Assembly: GCA_026415295.1 (NCBI GenBank)
Contig: JAOAHJ010000026.1
Location: forward strand, 11,638 to 75,637
Direction of reading: 5' to 3'
Length of the DNA: 64,000 bases
Source: Spirochaetota bacterium
Lineage (GTDB): Bacteria; Spirochaetota; JAAYUW01; JAOAHJ01
How positions within the stretch are numbered: position 1 is the stretch's first letter; each line of letters opens with the position of its first letter. This document shows, piece by piece, positions 39,815 to 50,305 of the stretch. Position numbers and translations under genes: made by a program. A model generated the notes under the pieces. It worked only from the letters and a program-made list of their open reading frames with translations, had not been told where the DNA came from and ran no database searches.

Positions 39815-41023
39815 TTACATCTTTTGATCTAAATATTTCTCTTTTTCAATATGTGTAAATTCAGGTAAAACTTTTTTAAAAAGATCAACTATCTCTTTTT
39901 TTTCTATTCTTTTTTTATTTTTTATTTTGTCAATCTCAACTAAAAATTCATCTATTAGGGTCAAATCTAAGGAATAATTAAGTTTCATAACTCCTATATC
40001 ATCAAACCTATCAAGGTCAATAATATCATTATTTGTATAAAACTCTTCAAATTCTTTTTCTCCAGTTGTATCAGTTTTAGAAATATAACATGGCCATTTA
40101 CCTTTATCAGGTAATATTTTAGCCAGTTCTCTTGCTTCATCTTCATTTTTACATAAATATATATCATAACCTATTTTATTAAGAAAATTTTGAGCTATGT
40201 CCCAAAAAGTAATCATATCGTTTATAGGATCCAACTTTGGAAAAAATATTTCCTTATTTTCACCACATAAAACATTAAGTAAACAGAGAACACCAGACTC
40301 TGATGGAATAATAAAATATCTTTTAACATCATCAGGTGTTGTTATAGGCTGTTTTTTCATTATCCTTTGAATAAATCCATATAATAAACTTCCATCACTG
40401 AAAGCTACATTAGCAAATCTTGCAGTTGAAATCTTAATTTTATCTGAATATTTTATTAAAAAAAGCTCCATTATTCTTTTAGAAGCCCCCATTAGATTAA
40501 CTGGATTTGTAGCTTTATCAGTAGAAACACAAAAATATTTTTTTACACCTTTTTCAATAGCTAATTCAATAGTCTTAATTGTATTTAATATATTGACATC
40601 AATCATTCTCATTAATGTATAGGGATCTCTTTCACTTCTTACATGCTTTAAAGCTGAAAAATTTAATATATAATCATATCCATCAGAATCATGAAAAAGT
40701 TTATCATAAATAGGAGTACCAACATCAATAGCAAATGTTCTAAAATCACCATTTATATAACCTAATGAACTTCTTATATCTCTAACTAATTCTGCAAGAT
40801 TATTTTCAGAAATATCAATTATATGTAAAACTTTAGGATTTCTTTTAAAAATCTCTTTAACAGTTGCACTCCCAATGGTACCTGCACCACCAATTACAAG
40901 AAAAGAACTGTTTTCAATAATACTCTTTATATAATCTTCTTTATTTTTTAAATCATTAGAGAAAAGTTTCTTTTTTCTTTTTAACAAAAATAAAATAAAA
41001 TCTTCGTCAAAAAAATAAAACAT
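39815..41023 (-). CDS. Soluble CapD-like NAD-dependent 4,6-dehydratase (LegB/PglF-like)
   Basis: FLVIGGAGTIGSATVKE, CVSTDKATNPVNLMGASKRIMEL. Confidence 0.75.
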   Translation of the reverse strand: MFYFFDEDFILFLLKRKKKLFSNDLKNKEDYIKSIIENSSFLVIGGAGTIGSATVKEIFKRNPKVLHIIDISENNLAELVRDIRSSLGYINGDFRTFAIDVGTPIYDKLFHDSDGYDYILNFSALKHVRSERDPYTLMRMIDVNILNTIKTIELAIEKGVKKYFCVSTDKATNPVNLMGASKRIMELFLIKYSDKIKISTARFANVAFSDGSLLYGFIQRIMKKQPITTPDDVKRYFIIPSESGVLCLLNVLCGENKEIFFPKLDPINDMITFWDIAQNFLNKIGYDIYLCKNEDEARELAKILPDKGKWPCYISKTDTTGEKEFEEFYTNNDIIDLDRFDDIGVMKLNYSLDLTLIDEFLVEIDKIKNKKRIEKKEIVDLFKKVLPEFTHIEKEKYLDQKM

Positions 41024-41057
41024 TAAATCTCCAATATCTTATAATTTAATTTCTTTC

Positions 41058-42377
41058 CTATAATTTAAAAACTTTCCCATCTTCTATATGAACTTGTTTT
41101 ACCGCATTTCTCAAATCTACAACAAGTTTAGCTTTTTCTACAATATGATCAACATCAAAACAAGAATGTAAAGTTGTAAATACTACGCAATCTACCTCTT
41201 CTAAAAGATCATCTGTTAAATCAACCCCTTTATAGTAATTTCCATGCTCAGATGTAACTTCTGGAATATATGGATCATGATAAAGAACAGTAGCACCTTT
41301 TCTTTTTACTTCATCCATAACTCTTAATGCAGGAGATTCTCTCGGATCATCAATATCAGCTTTATAAGCAACACCCAAAAATAAAACTTTGGAGCCATTC
41401 ATTGCTTTTTTATGTCTGTTTAATGCATAAGCTATTTTATTCATCATTCTGTATGGTTGCATATCATTTATATGTCCAGCAGTATGAATCATAGTAAGAT
41501 CAAAGTTATAGCTTTTAGCTATATATTCCAAATAAAATGGATCAAGAGGAATACAGTGCCCACCTATTCCTGGTCCGGGATAAAAAGCTTGAAAACCATA
41601 TGGTTTAGTTTTTGCTGCTTCAATAACTTCCCATATATTTATATCCATTTTTCCAGCAAGGAGAGCAAGCTCATTTATCAAACTTATATTTATTAATCTA
41701 TATGTATTTTCAAGGATCTTAACCATTTCTGCTGCCCTTGGAGAAGATACTGGATAAAGAGTATCTATAGCTTTCGAATATATTGCCATAGCTATTTCTT
41801 GTGCTTCTTTTCCAAGACCTCCAACAACTTTTGGGGTATTTTCTGTTTTATATATTTTATTACCTGGATCTACTCTTTCAGGAGAAAAACAGAGCCAAAA
41901 ATCTTTACCTTCTTCCAACCCAGATTCTCTTTCTATAATAGGCTTCATAAAATTTTCTGTTGTAGTTGGATAAGTAGTACTTTCAAGACTTATAAAAGTT
42001 CCAGGCTTCATGTTTCTTCCTATATCGATACAGGAAGTTTCTATATAGCTCATATCTGGTTTCTTGAATATATCAAGAGGTGTAGGAACACATATCATAA
42101 CACAGTCACATTCCTTTATTCTACTAAAGTCAACAGTTGCTTCAAGATATTTTTTATCAACTGAATATTTTAATTCCTCATCTTTTACATCACCTATATA
42201 ATTTTTACCTTTATTTACAAGATCAGCTCTATCTTTGCTTTTTTCAAAGCCTATAACTTTAACCCCCTTTTTTGCAAAAGCAACAGCTAAAGGAAGCCCA
42301 ACATAACCAAGACCAATAACACCAACAACTACTTTATTCTCTTTTATTTTTTGCATTATTTGTTCAAAATAATTCAT
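41058..42377 (-). CDS. Nucleotide-sugar 6-dehydrogenase (UDP-GlcNAc/ManNAc dehydrogenase; WbpA/WecC-like)
   Basis: VGVIGLGYVGLPLAVAFAKKG N-terminus, catalytic Cys region GPGIGGHCIPLDP. Confidence 0.85.
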   Translation of the reverse strand: MNYFEQIMQKIKENKVVVGVIGLGYVGLPLAVAFAKKGVKVIGFEKSKDRADLVNKGKNYIGDVKDEELKYSVDKKYLEATVDFSRIKECDCVMICVPTPLDIFKKPDMSYIETSCIDIGRNMKPGTFISLESTTYPTTTENFMKPIIERESGLEEGKDFWLCFSPERVDPGNKIYKTENTPKVVGGLGKEAQEIAMAIYSKAIDTLYPVSSPRAAEMVKILENTYRLINISLINELALLAGKMDINIWEVIEAAKTKPYGFQAFYPGPGIGGHCIPLDPFYLEYIAKSYNFDLTMIHTAGHINDMQPYRMMNKIAYALNRHKKAMNGSKVLFLGVAYKADIDDPRESPALRVMDEVKRKGATVLYHDPYIPEVTSEHGNYYKGVDLTDDLLEEVDCVVFTTLHSCFDVDHIVEKAKLVVDLRNAVKQVHIEDGKVFKL

Positions 42378-42510
42378 AAAATAATCTCCTCAATTCTCTA
42401 TAAAATATTTTGTATTTTTATATTAAAAATTTATTTATAAAAATTTAAATATTAATATTTATTTTATTTAATATTTTTAACTATTTTAATATTATTTTCC
42501 AAAAAAAATA

Positions 42511-43677
42511 TTATTTAAAAAATTCTTCAATTTTTCCACAAACATAATCAATTTCTTCATCAAGCATTTCAGGAAAAATAGGTAAAGCTAATATTTCATT
42601 GGATATCTTTTCAGAAATAGGAAAATCTCCTTTTTTATAACCGAGATATTCAAAACATTTTTGTAAGTGTAATGGTAGAGGATAATATATAGAGGTCCCG
42701 ATACCATTCTTTTCAAGATAATTCTTAAGTTGATCTCTTTTTTCTGTTCTTATATTAAAAACATAATAAACATTTCTACCTTTATTTTTATCAACTTTAA
42801 AAAGCTTAACATCTTTAACTTTAGACAATCTATCTTCATAAATTTTTGCTATATTTTCTCTTTTTCTTATAGACTCCTCTATGTATTCAAGTTTAACTCT
42901 TAAAATTGCTGCTTGTAAAGTATCAAGTCTTGAATTATAACCAATATAGTCATGATAATACTTTTTCTTAGTACCATGGACTCTATAAGCTTTTGCAAGA
43001 TCAGCTAAATCACTATTATTTGTAACTATCATACCTCCATCACCATAACAACCAAGTGTTTTAGTAGGGAAAAAAGAGTATATACCAAAATCTCCAATTG
43101 TACCTGAATGAACCTCTTTTCCTTCAAAATTAACTTTTATTCCAAAAGACTCTGCTCCATCTTCAAGAACTTTTAAATTATAATTTCTTGCAATTTTCAT
43201 TAATTTATCCATATCACATGTTTGGTTAAAAAGATGAACTGGTAAAATTCCTCTAATATTTTTTAATTCTATAATTTTCCCATTATGTATAAAATTTCCT
43301 GCTTTTATTTTTTCTAAAATCTCCTCTATTTTTTCTACATCAATCTGACATGTATCTTCATCAATATCTACAAATATTGGTGTTGAGCCATTTCTAGCTA
43401 AACAGGAAACAGATGCAAAAAAAGTAAAAGGAGTTGTTATAACATAAGTTCCTTCTTTAAAACCAAGAATATCAGAGCATATAACAAGAGCATCTGTCCC
43501 TGATGCACAAGCTATGGCATATTTTGCACCTGTATATTTACATATATCTTCTTCAAATAGCTTTACCTCTTCTCCTAAAATAAAATCACCTCTTTTTATA
43601 ACTTTTTGAATAGCATGATCGAATTTTTCTTTATTTTGTATATATTCCCTTGTAGGTGTATAAAATGGAACTTGCAT
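42511..43677 (-). CDS. DegT-family aminotransferase (WbpE-like)
   Basis: CASGTDALVICS, FFPTKTLGCYGDGG PLP-lysine region. Confidence 0.85.
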   Translation of the reverse strand: MQVPFYTPTREYIQNKEKFDHAIQKVIKRGDFILGEEVKLFEEDICKYTGAKYAIACASGTDALVICSDILGFKEGTYVITTPFTFFASVSCLARNGSTPIFVDIDEDTCQIDVEKIEEILEKIKAGNFIHNGKIIELKNIRGILPVHLFNQTCDMDKLMKIARNYNLKVLEDGAESFGIKVNFEGKEVHSGTIGDFGIYSFFPTKTLGCYGDGGMIVTNNSDLADLAKAYRVHGTKKKYYHDYIGYNSRLDTLQAAILRVKLEYIEESIRKRENIAKIYEDRLSKVKDVKLFKVDKNKGRNVYYVFNIRTEKRDQLKNYLEKNGIGTSIYYPLPLHLQKCFEYLGYKKGDFPISEKISNEILALPIFPEMLDEEIDYVCGKIEEFFK

Positions 43678-43821
43678 ACTCTTATCCTTTATATATAAAG
43701 TTATTTATTATCTTTATATATTATTTATTTAATCTATTAATTTATTAATTGTTATTATATTATTGTTTATTATATTATTTGTAATTTATATTTTAACTAA
43801 CTCTATTTAATAAAATCCAAA

Positions 43822-43838
43822 TGTTCAATTTTTGAACA
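43822..43838. promoter_or_regulatory. Candidate operator: palindrome TGTTCA-ATTTT-TGAACA, 145 nt upstream of the wbpE-like start
   Basis: Perfect 6-bp inverted arms with 5-nt spacer, read directly from the sequence; second copy at 44505-44521. Confidence 0.45.
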
Positions 43839-43877
43839 ATTTAATATTTTAAAAAAATTAATCAATAAAAAATTTTT

Positions 43878-44501
43878 CTAATCAATATTTTTTAAAATAG
43901 CATCATCATTTATAAAATCAATAATATTAGTTAAATTACTATTAATATATTCATTATCATAAGAATATTTTAAACTTTCTAAAACTTTTTTTAACTCTTC
44001 TTCACTTAAATTCTCAGAAAACATATAAAAAGAACATTTTGCTTCTTCAAAAAAATATTTATCCTCTATTAAACTTTCTATATCCTTATAATTTATATTT
44101 TTATATATCAATCCAAGCTTAATACAACAATATTCTACTATAAAATCAAGCTGACTTTTACCAAATAGAAAAACATTTCTAATACCTTTATCTCTTTTTT
44201 CTTTTAGCATCCTCATTATTGCATCTTTATATATATAAGCATTTTTAGCTATTGATTTAAAGTATGTAAGACTTCTTTTATAAATAGCATTGAGCCCTTC
44301 TTTTGTTAAGATATAGCTATATGTTTTTTTATTTATTTTACTTATTTTTATTAAACCTGTATTAACTGCTTTTTTTAATATTAGATTTAACATTCCAAGA
44401 GATATATTTAAAGCTTTAGCGATCTCTCTCTGAGTAAAAGGTTCATTTCTTTTATTTTTTTCTAAAATATAAGATAAAAAATTATATTCATGATTGTTCA
44501 T
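43878..44501 (-). CDS. Small winged-HTH transcriptional regulator (family uncertain)
   Basis: FTQREIAKALNISLGMLNLILKKAVNTGLI helix-turn-helix; flanked on both sides by the same palindrome. Confidence 0.5.
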   Translation of the reverse strand: MNNHEYNFLSYILEKNKRNEPFTQREIAKALNISLGMLNLILKKAVNTGLIKISKINKKTYSYILTKEGLNAIYKRSLTYFKSIAKNAYIYKDAIMRMLKEKRDKGIRNVFLFGKSQLDFIVEYCCIKLGLIYKNINYKDIESLIEDKYFFEEAKCSFYMFSENLSEEELKKVLESLKYSYDNEYINSNLTNIIDFINDDAILKNID

Positions 44502-44504
44502 TTT

Positions 44505-44521
44505 TTGAACAATAATAAATA
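44505..44521. promoter_or_regulatory. Candidate operator: palindrome TGTTCA-TTTTT-TGAACA ending 3 nt before regulator ATG (minus strand)
   Basis: Extended arms TTGTTCA / TGAACAA; occupies the expected RBS position of the regulator gene. Confidence 0.45.
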
Positions 44522-44570
44522 AAAAAAAATTGTAAAGGAAATTTTTTATTAAGAATTATTAAATAAAAAA

Positions 44571-44774
44571 TTATGAAAAAATATTTAAAAAAACATCCAA
44601 AATTTTTTCTGCTGTTTTTCCATCGCCATAAAGAAGTTCTTTTCTTCCATAAATGGGCATTTTTTCAAGAATTTCAAGTATTCTATTTTTATCTGCACCA
44701 ACAATAAAGTTCCAACCAGAATCAACAAGTTCAACCCATTCAGTTGAATCTCTTAAAGTAATACAAGAGTTATT
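44571..44774 (-). pseudogene. 3' remnant (last ~65 codons) of a non-hydrolysing UDP-HexNAc 2-epimerase gene (WecB/WbpI family)
   Basis: Minus-strand translation NNSCITLRDSTEWVELVDSGWNFIVGADKNRILEILEKM...YGDGKTAEKILDVF matches the conserved C-terminal LRD-TERPE...LVG...YGDG region of WecB. Starts in frame directly after the TAA of the MCP gene; no upstream 300 codons present. Confidence 0.7.
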
Positions 44775-46637
44775 TTATTCGATTAATTTTTCACCTAAAA
44801 CATTTTCTACTTTAAATTTTTTAGCTACCTCTGAAAGCTTAATTGATTCCTCTTCCAGAATTTTTGCTATATTTGTAACTTTTTCTGAAGCATTAACTAT
44901 ATTTAATACACCTTTATTTATATCATCGATTGATGTCATTATTTCTCTCGAGCCTTGAGTTTGTTCAGACATCTGCTTTGCTATATCATTTATAAGTCTA
45001 CTTGTTTGAATAACTTGTTGAATAATTTTTTGTATTGTATTTTTTGATTTATCTATAAGATCAATAGCATCATTAACAGATTTAACATTTTCTTTAATTC
45101 TCTTTCCTATCTCTTCTGCTGTATTGCTTGACTGTTCAGCTAAAGCTCTAATTTCTGCAGCAACAACTGAAAAACCTTTGCCTGCCTCTCCAGCTCTTGC
45201 AGCCTCTATTGAAGCATTTAATGAAAGAAGGTTAGTTTGTTCTGTTAAATCATTTATCAAATTTAGTGAGGATTTTATCTTATTTGAATGATCTTCTATT
45301 ATTCTCATTTTTTCAACAATTTCATTTAAAAATTTCTGACCCTGATCTGCGTATTGAGATCCCTCTGCAATCATTCTATTTGTTTCTTCAACATTTTCAT
45401 TTAATTGATTTATTGCACTTAAAGACTCTTCTAATATTGCAGATATTTCTTCAACTGAGGTTGCTTCAGAGTTTGAAAAATCAGCAAGAACTCCTGTTAT
45501 CTTTCTATTATCTTCAATTATTTCCTTTAACTTATCTGAAAATTTGATAATTTCTCCAATAACTTCCTCAAAATTAGCAATCAAGTTATTAAAAGAATTA
45601 AGTAAATCATCCAGTTCTGCTGAATTTATCTTCTGTATCTTAAATCTTTTAAGAATTCCTGTATCTGAAACTTCCCTCATATGTCTTGAAAGCCTGTTAA
45701 ATGGACTAAGCAATCTATTTGATGTAATAACAGCAATTATTATAAAAATAACAAGAAATACTGCAGAAAAAAGTAAAAATATTTTAAAAACATTATTAAA
45801 TAATTCTTCAACAGTAGATAGGTGAAGTAAGGAAACAATTTTTATCTTTAAAAAATCTGAAGGAACAACTTTTATATAAAAAGTTTCTTTTTTATTTATT
45901 TTATCTCCTTCTTTAGTAGTATATTCTACTAAAAAGTTTGTTATCCTCGTTTTTTGGAAAAAATCTACAGGGGGAATATCATAGTAAGATTTGAAAATAT
46001 TGTAAGTTGCAAATAATATAGTTCCATCAGCCTTAAAAACTATAAGGTCAGAAGTAGTAGCTTTTATTTGCCTTTTCAACATAGAAACAAAAGCTGTCAT
46101 ATTGACATCAAAAGCTAGTATTCCTTCGAATAATCCATCATTGTTAAATATTGGTGTAGCTATAGTAACAGTAAGACTTCCTGTAACAGGATCATTGTAA
46201 AAATCAGTTACCAAAGTATCATTTTTATTTCTTACATCCTCATACCATCCTTTAAACCTTTTATCAAGCTCTTTAACATAAATAGTCTCATCATCAGCAA
46301 AATAAAGCATATTATCATCATACCATGCATATGCTGCTGATATATCTGTAAAACCTTTTGCATAATTAAAAAGAAGTTTCAAAATTTCAGATTGATTTCT
46401 TGTTTTAAAAATTTGCATCTCTCTTAATATCTCAACTTCTTTAGAAAACTTAAAAAAGATATCTTCAGTTAATCTTAAAGTATAATTTATAGATTGAACA
46501 ATATTTTCTTCTATATTGTTTATAAAAAAGTTTCTACCAAATGTTAAAAACAATATATTAAATAAAATTGGCATCAAAAGAATAAAAGAAAATGTTAGGA
46601 TAAATATTTTTGATTTAATTGACTTAAATATTTTCAT
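44775..46637 (-). CDS. Methyl-accepting chemotaxis protein (TM, Cache-like periplasmic sensor, TM, HAMP, MCP signalling domain)
   Basis: NLLSLNASIEAARAGEAGKGFSVVAAEIRALAEQS highly conserved MCP hairpin motif; two TM helices bracket ~260-aa sensor. Confidence 0.9.
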   Translation of the reverse strand: MKIFKSIKSKIFILTFSFILLMPILFNILFLTFGRNFFINNIEENIVQSINYTLRLTEDIFFKFSKEVEILREMQIFKTRNQSEILKLLFNYAKGFTDISAAYAWYDDNMLYFADDETIYVKELDKRFKGWYEDVRNKNDTLVTDFYNDPVTGSLTVTIATPIFNNDGLFEGILAFDVNMTAFVSMLKRQIKATTSDLIVFKADGTILFATYNIFKSYYDIPPVDFFQKTRITNFLVEYTTKEGDKINKKETFYIKVVPSDFLKIKIVSLLHLSTVEELFNNVFKIFLLFSAVFLVIFIIIAVITSNRLLSPFNRLSRHMREVSDTGILKRFKIQKINSAELDDLLNSFNNLIANFEEVIGEIIKFSDKLKEIIEDNRKITGVLADFSNSEATSVEEISAILEESLSAINQLNENVEETNRMIAEGSQYADQGQKFLNEIVEKMRIIEDHSNKIKSSLNLINDLTEQTNLLSLNASIEAARAGEAGKGFSVVAAEIRALAEQSSNTAEEIGKRIKENVKSVNDAIDLIDKSKNTIQKIIQQVIQTSRLINDIAKQMSEQTQGSREIMTSIDDINKGVLNIVNASEKVTNIAKILEEESIKLSEVAKKFKVENVLGEKLIE

Positions 46638-46944
46638 ATTAATACTCTTTTATTTATATTATTAATTATTAATTTTTTGATTGATAATCACTATTAATTT
46701 TCGACTTTGTAAAATTTTTAATAGTATTTTAAAAAAATTAAATATTAAAAAACATTTTACAAAATTTAAAAATAAATTTAAAACTAATAAAGTTGATTTA
46801 AACATTGAAATTAAAAGGAGAAAATATATGAAAAAATAAGTTTTCACTTCTTTATGTAGATTTTATAAAAAAAAATTAAAAAATCAAAATATTTTTGAAA
46901 ATTTTATTATTTTTAAACCATATATTTTATAATCTTTTTTACTT

Positions 46945-48483
46945 TTAATCTATTTTAAAATTTTTTATACTTTCATCTATCTTCTTAGATGTGCTCAAAA
47001 TATCTTTAGCAATCCTTCCCAGGATTTCACTACTTTCAAGAAATTTTTGTGTAGTTTGATTTATATCTTCAACTGCTTTTGATAACTCTTCGTTTACATT
47101 TGCTTGCTCAGAAATAGATTCTTTAATCTCTTTTAAAACATTTGATGAAGAAACATTCAACTCAAGAATACTTTTAAGCTTTTCTTTTGAACTTTTAATA
47201 GATTCAAGCGATTCTTCCACAATTTTTTCATTTTCTTTAATAATTTTTTCAATTTCAGAGACTGTATTTTCTGCTTTTTCAGCTAAATTTCTTATTTCTT
47301 GAGCAACAACAGCAAAACCTATTCCTACTTCCCCAGCTTTTGAAGCTTCAATTGAAGCATTTAAAGCTAAAATATGTGTTTCATCAGTTATCTCATAAAT
47401 AAGCTCAATAGATTTCCTTATTTTTTTTGAATAATCAAAAATTTTAGATATAGAATCCACAATACTATCAATATATTTTGTAGCATCAATAGCTTTTTTA
47501 CTTCCTTCGATTATCTTTTCAGAACTTTCTTTTGCATTTTCTGAAATCATCTTAATAGAAGAAGTAGCTTCTTCAATTGCTGAAGATATTTCTTCAAGAG
47601 ATGAAGCTTGAGAATTAATGGATTCTAAAAAATTGCTCATTAAAGAATTATTTTTATAAGAAATATTATTTAATCTTTCTGTAATATTTTTAAGGCCATT
47701 TATAATATTTATAAGATTATCAACCATTATATTTACAGAATTTGATAGTTTACCTATTTCGTCTTTTTTAATTTTTATGTTTATTTTTCTAAGATTACCG
47801 TCCGCAATAATTTTTGTATGATCTGATATCTTATTAATAGGAGCAATAATCTTTTTTTCTACATATATTATTAAAATTATATCCATAATAAAAACAAAGA
47901 TAATAACTGCAAGAAGTCTCCAGTACATCTTAGAAAGAATTTTTACATAAAAGCTTACATCATAGTCAACACCAATAATAGCATAAACTTCGCCCTGATC
48001 ATTTAATAAAGGTTCAAAATAGGAAACAAAAGTTCCATATTCATCGGTATAAGGTTTTCTGGTAAATGTAGCTTGTTTTGTTTTGTAAGCTTCAACTAGT
48101 TCTTTAGGTGGATAATCATATACTGAAAGGTAATCTTTTTTAAATAATTCATAATCAAATTCATTTGACATTAAAAAAATAAAATTATCATCTTTTGGCT
48201 CCATAATATAAAGGTAAATAAAACCAAATATTTTAGCTATTCTATTAGTTTGATCAACAATTTTTTTATATTCCTCCCAATTATTGGCAAGCTCTTTTAT
48301 TTTATTTACATCTGTATATTCAGGAATTAGTTTTGCTATTTCTATACCTTTTTTCATTGTTTCTTTAAAATCTTTAAATATTAACTCATATAATATAAAA
48401 TTTCTAATTAACGAAAATGTAAAAATTACAATAAATAAAGCAAAAATAAAAATAATTAAAGCAACTCTAAATCTAATAGACAT
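46945..48483 (-). CDS. Methyl-accepting chemotaxis protein (paralog)
   Basis: [35 protein letters not shown]; GGAGG SD upstream of ATG. Confidence 0.9.
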   Translation of the reverse strand: MSIRFRVALIIFIFALFIVIFTFSLIRNFILYELIFKDFKETMKKGIEIAKLIPEYTDVNKIKELANNWEEYKKIVDQTNRIAKIFGFIYLYIMEPKDDNFIFLMSNEFDYELFKKDYLSVYDYPPKELVEAYKTKQATFTRKPYTDEYGTFVSYFEPLLNDQGEVYAIIGVDYDVSFYVKILSKMYWRLLAVIIFVFIMDIILIIYVEKKIIAPINKISDHTKIIADGNLRKINIKIKKDEIGKLSNSVNIMVDNLINIINGLKNITERLNNISYKNNSLMSNFLESINSQASSLEEISSAIEEATSSIKMISENAKESSEKIIEGSKKAIDATKYIDSIVDSISKIFDYSKKIRKSIELIYEITDETHILALNASIEASKAGEVGIGFAVVAQEIRNLAEKAENTVSEIEKIIKENEKIVEESLESIKSSKEKLKSILELNVSSSNVLKEIKESISEQANVNEELSKAVEDINQTTQKFLESSEILGRIAKDILSTSKKIDESIKNFKID

Positions 48484-48653
48484 TTTTCCTCCACTTTTTT
48501 TTAAAAAATTTTTATATAAAATGAAATATTTGTCAATATTTTTTGATTAAAAAAAAAATTTTATTAAAAAAAGAGAAAATTTTAACTAATTTAATTCTAA
48601 AAAATTTAGAGTAAATTAGAATAAAATTATTAGAATAAAATTAAAAGTTCATA

Positions 48654-50201
48654 TTAAAATTCATACTGAAATTTTTTGATATTTTCATTTATTTCTTCTG
48701 AAATATTACTTATCTGATATGAGAGTATCTCTATCTCTTTACTATTTTTCAGATAATTTTGTGCAATTTCATTTATTTCTTCAATAGCTTTTGTTATATT
48801 TTCTGCACTGTTTACATTCTCAGAAATATTATTCTTTATATTATCAAGAATTTTTGAAGAAATAAGATTTATTTCAATTATATTATTAAGTTTATTTTTT
48901 GAATCATTAACAAGGTTTAAAGCTTCATTTATAATTTTATCATTTTCTTTAATAGAATTTTCTATTTCTACAAGCATTTGAGATGCTTTATCTGAAAGGT
49001 TTTTTATTTCTGTTGCAACAACAGCAAAACCTACACCCATTTTACCAGCTTTAGTTGCTTCTATTGCTGCATTTAAAGCTAATAGATTAGTTTCATCTGT
49101 TATATCATATATTATTTTTAAAGTTTTCTTAAGGTTTTTAGAAGATAAATAAATATTATTCATTGCATTAATCATTCTGTCAATATAATTCTTAGCATCA
49201 AAAGCTTTCTTATTCCCTTCATGAATAATAATTGTATTTTCTGTAACATATTGCTCAATTTCCTTTATATTTTTTGTTGCTTTCCTTATTGAAGAAGAAA
49301 TTTTCTCAATTGATAATGCTTGATAATTAAAAGAATCAATAAAATCTTCTACTACATCATTATTTTTATTAGATATATACTTAAGTTTTTGTGTGGTATT
49401 ATTAAGGTGCTCTATAATAATTTTAAAATTATCAACCATTATATTAATATTTTTAATTAATACATTTATTTCATTGTTTTCATTATTGTCCTTATGATAA
49501 AATTTTTGGAGAAATCCTTTAGAAATATGTCCTGTATGCTGAGAAACTTTTTTTAAAGGAAAAACAATTTTTCTTTGTATAAAGAAAGTAAAAATATAAA
49601 TAACTGTTAAAACAAAAAATACTATAAAACCAGCATAAAAGTAAAATCTTCTATAAAAATTATTAACAAAATCGATATCATAATAAAAACCAACAATAGC
49701 TTGAACTTTATCAAGTTTTGTAATTGGACAAAATAAAGCAACAAATTCTCCAAATTGATCCTTATAAGGTTTACTTAAAAATACTTCTCTCTTTTCATAA
49801 TAAGCTTTCTCCATTTCTGGTGGAGCATCATAATATATCCAAAAAAAATTTGATTTATTTATACTTGAGTTTCTATCATTTGAAATCAAAAAAACAAAAC
49901 CTTGATCTGATGGTTTAAAGATATATATATATCTAAAATTGAATATTGAGCAAATTTCATCAAGAAAATTTAATATTTTATAATAATAAGATGACTCTCT
50001 ATTAAAATTTAAAAGTTCATTTATCAATTCTGGATTTTCTTTAATATAAAATAAAAAATTTTTAGAACCTTTTATAAGATTATCATTTATCAAGCTACTT
50101 ATTAATTCTCTAGTTAAAAATAGAAAGGTAAAAACAAATAAAATTATTATCGTAATAGATATAAAAAAAATTATAAGTGTTATTTTTCTCTTTAGTGACA
50201 T
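48654..50201 (-). CDS. Methyl-accepting chemotaxis protein (paralog); start reassigned to internal Met
   Basis: NLLALNAAIEATKAGKMGVGFAVVATEIKNLSDKA; AGGAG SD 5 nt upstream of ATG at 50201 (M16 of the track ORF). Confidence 0.85.
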   Translation of the reverse strand: MSLKRKITLIIFFISITIIILFVFTFLFLTRELISSLINDNLIKGSKNFLFYIKENPELINELLNFNRESSYYYKILNFLDEICSIFNFRYIYIFKPSDQGFVFLISNDRNSSINKSNFFWIYYDAPPEMEKAYYEKREVFLSKPYKDQFGEFVALFCPITKLDKVQAIVGFYYDIDFVNNFYRRFYFYAGFIVFFVLTVIYIFTFFIQRKIVFPLKKVSQHTGHISKGFLQKFYHKDNNENNEINVLIKNINIMVDNFKIIIEHLNNTTQKLKYISNKNNDVVEDFIDSFNYQALSIEKISSSIRKATKNIKEIEQYVTENTIIIHEGNKKAFDAKNYIDRMINAMNNIYLSSKNLKKTLKIIYDITDETNLLALNAAIEATKAGKMGVGFAVVATEIKNLSDKASQMLVEIENSIKENDKIINEALNLVNDSKNKLNNIIEINLISSKILDNIKNNISENVNSAENITKAIEEINEIAQNYLKNSKEIEILSYQISNISEEINENIKKFQYEF

Positions 50202-50305
50202 AAAATCTCCTATAAAGGAAGAAATCTCCCTATATAAGAGAAACAAGAAAATGTTTTAATTTTATTTTTTAATAATTTTTTTTTTATTAATTTTTTTAAA
50301 AAATT

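Noticed and set aside
41457-42164. 79- and 121-aa plus-strand ORFs
   Set aside because: Antisense to the nucleotide-sugar dehydrogenase gene.
44653-44958. 101-aa plus-strand ORF spanning the MCP stop and epimerase remnant
   Set aside because: Opposite strand reads as clear MCP C-terminus plus WecB C-terminal remnant; this one has no homology-like pattern.
45266-45825. Two 93-aa plus-strand ORFs
   Set aside because: Antisense to the MCP gene.
46662-46847. 61-aa minus-strand ORF between two MCP genes
   Set aside because: Hydrophobic low-complexity peptide in an AT-rich intergenic spacer with no RBS; probably non-coding promoter region.
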